NCBI GenBank assembly: GCA_965223845.1
Contig: CBDCXR010000004.1
Coordinates: forward strand, 5,952,001 to 6,016,000
Source: Planctomycetota bacterium
GTDB taxonomy: Bacteria > Planctomycetota > UBA8108 > SXIK01
Direction of reading: 5' to 3'
Length of the DNA: 64,000 nt
The notes beneath the pieces are model-generated. The model searched no databases, was not told where the DNA came from, and saw only the letters and a list, made by a program, of their open reading frames with translations. The stretch's first letter is position 1. Each line of letters begins with the position of its first letter. The position numbers and the translations under genes are program-made. Shown here piece by piece: positions 36,470 to 45,600 of this stretch.

Positions 36470-36632
36470 ACGAAGAGCGCGAAGGACCGCGAAGAAAGAC
36501 GAAGGAAGAAGGGGGAGTAAATCAGACGTGTAGAAAAAGCGAGCGCGAAGCTCCCTCGCCCAATTAGCTAACTAAATCTCTATCTATCTCTTTCTCCCCC
36601 TTCGTCTTCCTTCGCGCTCTCCGTGTTCAATC
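36461..36632. repeat. Inverted pair of the dispersed REP-like repeat (copies 5 and 6)
   Basis: gagattcacacgaagagcgcgaaggaccgcgaagaaagacgaagg (36461-36505) and cccttcgtcttccttcgcgctctccgtgttcaatc (~36598-36632), with an AT-rich spacer. Confidence 0.82.
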
Positions 36633-38252
36633 TGCTAGAAGAGGAAGCTCAAGACAAGCCGCCTCCTTGTCCGTCCGAATGAGAAGATACGGCGCCGCAA
36701 GCGCGGGAGGGTTCCACATCTTGTCGTCGAGACCGATCACGCGGATCAACTCGCGGTATTCGTCGGGATTCGGCTCGATGAGCGCGATCTCACCGGTCGT
36801 TTCCACCGTCGCGATGATCAAATCGGAAGTCGCGATGAGCTGGCCGTGCCCGATCCGTCCGGCTTTCCAGCGCCGCTCGCCCGTCGCCGGATCGAGGCAG
36901 ACCATAATCCCGTCGTCGAGACCGTAGACGTAACCGTCGAGCTCGAAGAAGTTCGAGAACTTCGCCTTGAGGCTCTTCGTCTTCCAGATCGCCTTCGACG
37001 TGAGCGAGCCGTCCGCGGCCGCCGCGATTTCGAAGAGCGCGCAGCCGATTCCATAACCGGCCGAGACGAGGACGCGATCGGAACCGATCGGCACGGGCTG
37101 CGCGACTTTCGGCCGAGAACCGGGCCAATCCTCACGCCAGAGCACGCGACCGGTATCCGGTGCGTGGGCGGCCACCGAGCGGCCGTTGAGGACGAGGATC
37201 TGCGGAACGCCCGCGACCGTGTGGAGGCTCGGCGAGCTGTAACCGTAGCTCGCGTCCCCCTCGCTCCAGCGCGGCTCCCCGCTCTCGCGATCGAACGCGA
37301 GGAGCGAGCTACCGCTGCCGGCGACCGTCACGATGCAGAGATCGTCCGTGAGAAGTGGCGAACTGCTGAGACCCCACTCGGGGACCATCGATTCCTTGTC
37401 CGGTGCGATGTCACGCGACCACACGGGTTGTCCGGATTCGAGCTCGAGACAGCTCAGCCGTCCGAGCGAACCGAGTGTGTAGACGCGGTCGCCCGAGATC
37501 GTCGGTGTCGCGCGCGGTCCGATTCCGCCGAGCACGGTCTCGTATCGACCTGCATCGGAGTGTGACCAGAGCGGGTCACCGGTCGTGAGCGCGTAGGCGG
37601 TGACGAGTTCGTTCTCGCCGCGCTGTTCCTGCGTGACCGCGATGTCTCCCGCGACGGCGAACCCGGACCAGCCGGATCCGATCTTGCGGCGCCAGACGAC
37701 GATCGGCGGCTCTTCCCTCCAGTTGCGCGCGATCTCGATCCAGCGGGCCTTCCCGTCCCGGTTGTCGCCGAGAAACTGTCGCCAATCGCTCCGCACGCGA
37801 GGCGGAGGCACCGGGGCCGACGAGGTATCCGGCGGAAGCGGGGTCGCCTCGAGTGCGCGGTCGGGCTTCTTCGCGAACCGCCATCCGATGATCGGGACCA
37901 TGTCCCCGGTCACTTGCTCGATGCGAAAGAGCGTCGCGCTTCCGCCGATGACGATGATTGCGCCGATCGCGATCCCCACGCGCGTTCGCCGCCGAAGCGG
38001 CGAGAGGAGTACGCACCAGATGAGAAACAGCGCTCCTCCCACGAGCGCGGATGCCAACGAAAGGAGCACTTTCATCTGCCGATCGGTGTCCCAGAACAGC
38101 CACGCCCAGGCGAGAAGAAGTGCGAGCGCGAAGAGGAGGGCGAGCGGGATCGCATTGACGAACGCGCGAACGAGAAGCCGGCTCGCGCTCGGCGGGCGCG
38201 GTGAGGCCGAGCCGCTCGACGCGGGCGTTCCTTGCGACGATGGATCGTTCAC
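36627..38252 (-). CDS. PQQ-binding-like beta-propeller protein (BamB-like repeats) with N-terminal TM helices
   Basis: 'DWRQFLGDNRDG', 'GPRATPTI', 'SSSPLL', 'YSSP', 'WNPPALA'. Confidence 0.88.
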   Translation of the reverse strand: MNDPSSQGTPASSGSASPRPPSASRLLVRAFVNAIPLALLFALALLLAWAWLFWDTDRQMKVLLSLASALVGGALFLIWCVLLSPLRRRTRVGIAIGAIIVIGGSATLFRIEQVTGDMVPIIGWRFAKKPDRALEATPLPPDTSSAPVPPPRVRSDWRQFLGDNRDGKARWIEIARNWREEPPIVVWRRKIGSGWSGFAVAGDIAVTQEQRGENELVTAYALTTGDPLWSHSDAGRYETVLGGIGPRATPTISGDRVYTLGSLGRLSCLELESGQPVWSRDIAPDKESMVPEWGLSSSPLLTDDLCIVTVAGSGSSLLAFDRESGEPRWSEGDASYGYSSPSLHTVAGVPQILVLNGRSVAAHAPDTGRVLWREDWPGSRPKVAQPVPIGSDRVLVSAGYGIGCALFEIAAAADGSLTSKAIWKTKSLKAKFSNFFELDGYVYGLDDGIMVCLDPATGERRWKAGRIGHGQLIATSDLIIATVETTGEIALIEPNPDEYRELIRVIGLDDKMWNPPALAAPYLLIRTDKEAACLELPLLAD

Positions 38253-38291
38253 GCGATTCTCCTTCGCGGCGATTTCGGGCGAGTCGCCACG

Positions 38292-40859
38292 CTACTCCTT
38301 GTCGCCGCCGAGGATGCCGTCGAGAACTCCCTTGACGCCATCGGGGCCGAGAACACCGCCCGATTTCTTGTCGCCGTCTTTCGAGGCATCGTTTTCGGCA
38401 CCCGGAAGTCGAAGCTTCGGAACCGCTTCGCCGATTGCCGATTCGAGCGCTCCTCTGAGGTCGAGCTTGTCGAGCTTCGCGTCGAACGCGAGCTTCGGCG
38501 CGGTGAGGCTCCCCTGGAGACGAAGCGGTAAGGTCTCCATGCCGAGGACCTTTCGTGCCTGCGAGAAGATCGCGCGCGCTTTCTTGTCGCCGATCGCGCT
38601 CTCGACGGCGGAGAGCTCGACGGCGTAGTCGATGCGTCCATCGAGCCACGTCGCCCCGCGAAGGGCGAGCCCCTGAATCGAGCCGCCTTCCTTCGACTGA
38701 ACAAAGAGCTTTCCGGCGTCGATCTTTCCCGAACCGATGCTGAATTCCGAGCCGAGTTGCTCGAGACGTACCGAGGAGAGGTCCGCCTTGAGAAGCGCGG
38801 CGAGCTCCGTGAAGAGCTTCGAGCCGCTGATCGTCGCGTCGCCGATGTTCAGCGCACCGCTTCCCTTGAGCGCCGAGGTGAGGTCCGCAAGCTCGAATCC
38901 CTGTCCTTCCAGCTGGAGTGCGCCGTCGAGAAAACCGCCGAGCGCCGCGCCCTCCCCGTCGAGCGAGAGCATCGGGAGAATGAACGAGAGGAGCGGAGTC
39001 ATTTCGTAATTCGCGGCGACGCGCGCGAGCGACGCGTCCACCTTGAATCCCGTCTTCGGCGTCGTCGTATCGAGCGAGACTTCCTTTGCGGCGAGCTCGC
39101 CGCCGTTGATCGCCGCCTTCGCGTTGGTGACGACGAAGCGCCCGCGATCCGCCGCAAGCGCGCTCTCGATGTCTCCGATGGAGATTCCGTACGACCGGAC
39201 GCCGCCTTCGACTTCGAGTCGACTCGAGAGAGTCGTCGCCTCGACGATCGGCTTCTCGCCGCCGAGAACCGTGTCGAGAACGAGCCCTGAGAGCGTCGCT
39301 CGGGTTCCGGGTTTCACGGAGACGTTCGCCGGGACGATTCCGGTTTCCTCGATTCCAGCCGGGACAACGAGTCCGGCCGAGCCGGCGAGCTTCACACGAT
39401 TGGCTTCGCCTTCGGCGGCTGCGCTTCCCGTCGCGTCGAGCTGAATGTGCTTTCCCGCGAGCGTGAGCTTCGGGATCTCGATTTCGCGCGGGCTCGCGCC
39501 GAGGCGAATCTCGACTCGCCCCGTGAGCGAAGGCTCATCGATGACGATGGGTTTCTTCGGCGCCGGGGGCTCTTCGGTCTGGGTTTCCGCGGCGGGGGAA
39601 TCCCCTTCCTCCGCCGCGTCTGCCGGCGCTTCCGCGAGCGTGTGCTCGATTCGCCCGCCGTCGAGCGCGAGATCGACGTCGATGGCGAGCCCCGCGAGCG
39701 CGGCTTCAGCGTCGGCGAGGATCGCGTCGAGAGAGGTCGGACCTTCGACGACGACGGTGCCGTGAAAGTCCCCCGCGACGCTCGTCGTCGGCAGAGCATC
39801 GCGAAGCGCTCCGACGGCGCTCGTAAGAGCGCCCAGGTCGGCGTGGTAGGGAATCTTTACGGCGAGTCCCTTCTCGCTCGACGGCTTGACGGGAAGATCG
39901 AACTCGATCCCCTTCCAGCCGATGTAACCCGCGTCGAGAGTCGATTCGGCGTGCACGACTCCGTTCTCGGTCCGGACGGAGAACTCCCCGTCGATCGGGC
40001 GGTCGGGCGGCGTGACGTTCGCGAGCTTCTCGATCAGCGCGGCGAGCGGCCGCAGGTCGACGCCCTTCGCGGCGCCCTTCGCTTCGAGCTGGAGCGCCTC
40101 GAGCGGCGCACCGACGACGAGCTCACGGACGAGAATGTCGGCGGTGAGGGTGCCTGGAGCACCTCCACCGGCCGAGAGCGCCGCCGCGAATTTCGCCGTC
40201 GCGTTCGCATCCTTCACTTCGAAGCTCGTCTCGATCCCGTCGATTCGAGACGACGTCCCGAGTTCGTCGTCGACGTAGTCGATCCGGCCACCGGTTACTC
40301 GAAGCACGATCGGGCGCGGCGTCTTCAGCTCGACTTTCTTTTCCTCGCTCGTCGGCGGGCTCGGCTGGGGTGCCGGAGGCTGGGGCCCCGATCCGGTCTC
40401 GCTTCGCTTGACGATCTCTTCGAAGTTGAAGGTTCCGTCCTTCCGTTTGTGAAGGCGCGCGACGGGACGCGAGACTTCGACTTCCACCGGGTCGCTTCCG
40501 AAAACGAGGTTCCAGAGGCTGTTCTTTACCGTGAGGCCCTCGAGCTCGACGACGTTCTCCTCCGGAGGGAAGCCCGGCGGCGGGCCGATCGAGAGCTTCT
40601 CCACCTTCTGCTCGCTCGTCCAGGCGAACTGGGTCGCTTCGATCGCGAGTTCGGCGTTGAGCGATTCGTTGATCGAGCCGACAACTCCCGCGCGCATCGA
40701 CGAGACGACCGTTGGCGCGAGAGAGATCCCGATTCCCACGAGGATGAGCAGCAAGACGCAGAGCCAGACGAGAGCGCGTAGCCAACGACGACGACGGCGC
40801 TTCGGCGGCGCGGGGGTCTGCTCTTCGGACTGAAACTCAACGGGCTCGGTGGAACTCAT
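38292..40859 (-). CDS. AsmA-like (bridge-like lipid transfer) family protein
   Basis: N-terminal TM, 'KRKDGTFNFEEI', beta-rich body, C-terminal 'LPLRLQGSLTAPK'; GGAGG RBS. Confidence 0.75.
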   Translation of the reverse strand: MSSTEPVEFQSEEQTPAPPKRRRRRWLRALVWLCVLLLILVGIGISLAPTVVSSMRAGVVGSINESLNAELAIEATQFAWTSEQKVEKLSIGPPPGFPPEENVVELEGLTVKNSLWNLVFGSDPVEVEVSRPVARLHKRKDGTFNFEEIVKRSETGSGPQPPAPQPSPPTSEEKKVELKTPRPIVLRVTGGRIDYVDDELGTSSRIDGIETSFEVKDANATAKFAAALSAGGGAPGTLTADILVRELVVGAPLEALQLEAKGAAKGVDLRPLAALIEKLANVTPPDRPIDGEFSVRTENGVVHAESTLDAGYIGWKGIEFDLPVKPSSEKGLAVKIPYHADLGALTSAVGALRDALPTTSVAGDFHGTVVVEGPTSLDAILADAEAALAGLAIDVDLALDGGRIEHTLAEAPADAAEEGDSPAAETQTEEPPAPKKPIVIDEPSLTGRVEIRLGASPREIEIPKLTLAGKHIQLDATGSAAAEGEANRVKLAGSAGLVVPAGIEETGIVPANVSVKPGTRATLSGLVLDTVLGGEKPIVEATTLSSRLEVEGGVRSYGISIGDIESALAADRGRFVVTNAKAAINGGELAAKEVSLDTTTPKTGFKVDASLARVAANYEMTPLLSFILPMLSLDGEGAALGGFLDGALQLEGQGFELADLTSALKGSGALNIGDATISGSKLFTELAALLKADLSSVRLEQLGSEFSIGSGKIDAGKLFVQSKEGGSIQGLALRGATWLDGRIDYAVELSAVESAIGDKKARAIFSQARKVLGMETLPLRLQGSLTAPKLAFDAKLDKLDLRGALESAIGEAVPKLRLPGAENDASKDGDKKSGGVLGPDGVKGVLDGILGGDKE

Positions 40860-41281
40860 GTGTGGCCTCCTCTGAAGTGTCGTGCGAGCGCGCCGCCCGC
40901 CGTCGCGGGTGAGTCCTCGCCGACGGCTCCAGGATCCTCGCAGCTCGTCCGATCGATCGCAAGCCGGAGGAGTCGGTGCTCGTGATCGGGAAATCCCGGA
41001 CGAAGACGCCGTGGCGGGCGGAGTGTCGAGCCGATTCCGCGAAGCACGGCGAGATCAGAAGCGCCCGAGGGGCTACGACCTCCTGATCGCCGTATCCTGC
41101 TTAGAGCGCTAGTGCGCGCCGACGGTCTTACTGCACGGAAAGGTCAGTCAGCCCGAAAACTCGCTGCGGTACCGATCCGACGGACGACCCTCTCGCCGAG
41201 TGTGTGGAGTCGCCGAACCCATGCTGAAACGGGCGGACCTTTCCGCGAACTTCGCGTCCGTCAAAAACGTCCGCACCCAAC

Positions 41282-42421
41282 TCAACAAGCCAGCCGCCGC
41301 CTGAGGTACCGCCGCGCCGGCAGCTCGAAGAGATGATACGCCATCGCCGCGAACACGATCGCCGCGAGGACGAAGCCCGCCAGAAGGAGCGACGCCGCCT
41401 CCGTCCCGAGCCCCGTTCCGAACGGCTCGTTGTAGATGCGCCGCCAACCCTGCCACGGCACCCAGTAGACGAGCCAGTGCGTCATATAGAGCGCGTAGGA
41501 GATGTCTCCGAGGTAGGTGAGCGGACGGCAATTGAACCAGCGCATGAGGCGTCCGGAGATGCTCGCTCCCGAAAGCACGAGAAGCCCGGCGAACAGCACC
41601 GAGATGGCGTCGTGCGTGTCGTAGTGAAGCGTGACGAGAAAGCCGAGGAATGCGAAGACGAAGCTCGCCGGCGATCCTGCGAGACGCCGTGCCGCCGGAG
41701 TGAGCCAGAGCTCGTAGAGAACGAGTCCGAAGAGGCACTCCGCGACGCAGCGGATTTGACCGGGGATGCCGCCGTGATCTAGTCCCTTGTCGTAGTTCGC
41801 GTAGACGAAGGAGAGCGACCAGGCGACGACGACGATCACGGCCGCGCGCACGAGCCAGCTCGTTCGGTGGACAAACGAAAAGAGCATCGGCACGACGAGA
41901 TACGTGAGCCACTCCGCTCCGATCGACCACGAAGGCTGATTCCAGTACGCCATGTCCTTCAGCGACTGAAGGAGGAAGAGGTACGGGACGAACCATTCGG
42001 CGGGATAGCGTCCGACGAATCCCTCCGTGCGGAGGAGCTGAAGCGCGAAGAACACCCACATCATCAGAAAATGAAGCGGGTAGATGCGCGCGAGTCGGGC
42101 GAGGAGGAATTTGAAGTAGCCGTAGGCGCCGACGCCGCGAGCGAATCGCTCTCGGTAGACGTGAGCGAGGACGAACCCGCTCAAAACGAAAAAGAAATCG
42201 ACCCAGAGCCAACCGCGAAAGAGGAGCTGTGTCCGCTTGTCGATCGCTTCGCCGACCTGTGGGAGCAGAAGGTATCCCAGGTGGTAGACCGTCACGTACA
42301 CCGCGGCGATCCCCCGTAGTGGGGTGAGCGTCGGGATGAACGTCACCCCCGTCGACGTCCCGGGCGGCGGCTTCACGCCGTCGGCGCTCTCCGACAGCGC
42401 TCGCGATGATCCCTCTCCCAT
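41282..42421 (-). CDS. Acyltransferase family 3 (OafA/AT3) membrane acyltransferase
   Basis: 'LTPLRGIAA..V..YH', 'VDFFFVLSGF', 'RLARIYPL', 'WSIGAEW', 'LGDISYALYMTH', 'YHLFELP'. Confidence 0.92.
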   Translation of the reverse strand: MGEGSSRALSESADGVKPPPGTSTGVTFIPTLTPLRGIAAVYVTVYHLGYLLLPQVGEAIDKRTQLLFRGWLWVDFFFVLSGFVLAHVYRERFARGVGAYGYFKFLLARLARIYPLHFLMMWVFFALQLLRTEGFVGRYPAEWFVPYLFLLQSLKDMAYWNQPSWSIGAEWLTYLVVPMLFSFVHRTSWLVRAAVIVVVAWSLSFVYANYDKGLDHGGIPGQIRCVAECLFGLVLYELWLTPAARRLAGSPASFVFAFLGFLVTLHYDTHDAISVLFAGLLVLSGASISGRLMRWFNCRPLTYLGDISYALYMTHWLVYWVPWQGWRRIYNEPFGTGLGTEAASLLLAGFVLAAIVFAAMAYHLFELPARRYLRRRLAC

Positions 42422-42619
42422 GACTCACGCTCCGGATGCCCGCGACTCCGCGGCGGACGAGACGACGACGTCGCCTCGAGCTCTCCCGCCGCTATCCCTC
42501 CACCCGCTTCGCTGTTCTCGCTTCTCTCTCCACTTCGCCCTTCGACGTGGATCTCCTCTTCGACCTCGCAGGAGAGCTCCAGCCGATATGTGACGCGTCC
42601 ACGAACTCGTCGCGCCGAG

Positions 42620-45600
42620 CTAGACCCGAGCCGCACCCGTCGAGGCCCGGGTCGCCTCCGTTTTGCAATCGGCGCAATCACATTCGCCGTTCTTCTTCGA
42701 GCAGGCCGCAGCGATCACTCGCCTGAGCTGACGCGCGAGCGTCTCGACGACCGGCTCGAGCACCGCGCCGTCGTGATCGCCCGGCCGCGCGGGCAGCTCG
42801 TGGACTTCGAGGTCGGCGATGTACTTCTTCCAGCCGTTGTCTTCATGGACGAAACGCTTCTTGCTGTCGATCCTGCGGCCGTCTCCGAGCTCGCCGGCGA
42901 TGTCGAGCGGAGGACGGAAGAGCGCGACGCGCCCGGAATACGGATCGGGCTCGTACTCGGCCATCGCGCGGAAGGTCGCATCGTAGATCGCCTCCGAACG
43001 GTAGGACGCCGGGTCGGAGCTCGGCTTCGGCTCACGCCGGAGGCGCCACTCGACCCAGCGCTTCCCGGTCTCGAAGATGTGCCGAACGCCGCGCGACTTC
43101 ACGCGGTCGCGGTGGAGCTTCAGACGGTCGCCGAGGCGAAGACGCTCCCCGGTTCGGGGGACGAGCGTGTCGAGGAACACGAGGAGCTCGACCGTCTGAC
43201 CTTCTCGCTGAAGCTGCTGCGCCATCTCGTAAGCGATGATTCCACCGGAGCAGAATCCGCCGAGGATGTACGGTCCTTCCGGCTGTACTTCGCGCACCTC
43301 GCGAAGGTAGTCAGCGGCCATCTCTTCGAACGACTCGTGAGGGTTGTCGTCGCCGAGGAGGCCGCGCGCCTGAATCCCGTAGAACGGCCGTCGCTCGCCC
43401 ACCCGGACCGCGAGCTGACGCAAATTGAGGACGTTTCCGTAGGCGCCGGCGACGACGAAGATCGGTGTGCCCGAGCCTTCACGCGGCGTCGACATCGGAA
43501 CGACGTAGCGTCGGCGCGCCGGCTCCGTGGCCTTTCCCCCGCACGCTTCGTCCGCGCTCTTGAGATCGCGTCGCAACCGCGCAGCGAGGCTCTCGATCGT
43601 CGGCGCGTCGAAGAGCGTCGCGAGCGGGTATTCGAGCCCGAACTCGGAATTGATCATCGTCATCAGCCGAACGGCGACGAGAGAGTGACCCCCGACGCTG
43701 AAGAAGTCATCGCGCACGCTGAACGCGCCGGTGCCGATGCACTCCTCCCAGAACTCGCTCAGGCGAACCTCGAGCTCGTCGCGCGGTGCGACCCACCGTG
43801 AGTCTCCGGTCGGTATCTCGGCGTTGAGGTCGTACATCGAGACGGCCATCCCGCTCGCGGCCGAGCGGCGGAAGCTGTGCTGGAGAGTGCGCAGGAGGCT
43901 AGCGGCAAGCTCGTCCGAACACTCGTCCACCGCGGGCGCCTCGATCGCGACCGATTGCGGCCGGGCTGCCGCCCACGCGTCGAGGAACGCGGCCGCCGCC
44001 GCCGAGTCGACCTGCGGTTCGAGCGCGCCGAACGGATCCTCTCGAAGCGACACGACGAAGTCGAGCTCTCCGCTCTCGAAGAGCGACTCGACGACGAGCG
44101 CGCCGTGGATTTGCGCGGTGAACACGGCCTCGACGTCGCGGTCCGTTTTTCCTAGAAGCCTTCCGGGGCGAGTGATCGCGTCGTTGTGGATCACGCCGCG
44201 CACCGCGCGGGACTCCGCGAGAAGTCGCTCGCGGAGAGAGCGCATCTCCGCGACGTCGGAGACCACGCCCGAGATCACCGACACGGTGGATCCGAGCGTC
44301 TCGATGCGCTCGATCGCGGCTTCACGCTCGTCGCTCCACTCATCGCGAGGGGCGACCGGCTCGTGTGAGAGCAAGACCGCGTGCACCGGGGCCGTGCGGG
44401 CGAGCGCTTCGGCGGCGAGGAGACCGGAGGGTGAGAGTCCGTCCGTGATCATGTACGACGCGCCCGCCACGACCGGCACGTCGTCTCGGCGTGCGAGCTC
44501 ATTCGCCGGGAGCGGAACGTAGCGACGGACCCACCGGCGACCGCCACTCAGGGCGACGCTCTCCGCCGTGGGATGGCAGAGCTCGGCGAGGAGCGCGTCG
44601 ACGATGTCTTCGCCCACTTGAGCACCCGAGAGATCGACGCTCGCGAACGCGAAGTTCTCGAGGAGGCGCGGAACGACGCGCGCGACGCCGAGAGCCGTCG
44701 CCTTCTCGGGATGGGTTCGCCGTGCGGACGCCCCTCCGACGTCCGAGTGCATGTCGCTCGAGACGATCAGGGTCTCGAGCGACCGGTCCGGCGAACGCCT
44801 CGCCATCGCCTGCGTGAGCGCGAGGAGGCTGTAAAACCCGTGTTCTTGATTCCGCTGGAAGAAACTCGAGCCCGGCCGGCAGGTCTCCTCGTCCGTCACG
44901 AGCCAGCAGTGAACGACGCGTGACGCTTCGAATCCACGGCGAGCGAGCGAGGCGAGGAGCCGATCGTACTCCTCCCGACCGAGTGAGGGATTGAGCCAGT
45001 ACTCTTCCGGCGAGAGCTCGACGAACGAATCTCCGGCGGAAACCGTCACCACACGGGCTCCTTCCGTACGGAGCGCCGCTGCGAGCTCCGCTCCGATCCC
45101 GGCTTCGTCGGCGAAGACGAGCCAGTCGCCGAGGAGCGAGATCGATCGATCGACGGCGCGTAGTTCCGACTCGACCCACTCGACGCGCTGAACCCACTCG
45201 CGCGGATCCGAACGTCGTGCGGGCGTCGTGGCCGGACGCGCCCTACTCTGCGTCGGCGCGGGCAGTCGCGCGCGGTCGATCTTCCCGTTCGGCGTGAGTG
45301 GGAGTTCCTCGAGCGCGACGAAGTGCTGCGGCACCATGTAGTACGGCAAACGACTGCGAAGAAGCTCTCGGAGCTCGTCGCGCGGCGGCTCGGCATCGTC
45401 CGCCGGAACGTAGTACGCGACGAGACGCTGGTCGCCCTCGCGATCTTCGCGGACCGAGGCCACCGCCGAATGAACTCTCGGGTGCTCGCGGAGAAGTCCT
45501 TCGATCTCGCCGAGCTCGACCCGGAAGCCGCGGATCTTCACCTGGTCGTCGGCGCGGTGGAGCCACTGAAGGAGTCCGTCGCCGTGGAAGCGTGCGATGT

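Noticed and set aside
42480-42560. Additional copy of the CTTCG repeat between AT3 and the NRPS
   Set aside because: It is pyrimidine-rich with a few CTTCG words but too degenerate to align confidently.
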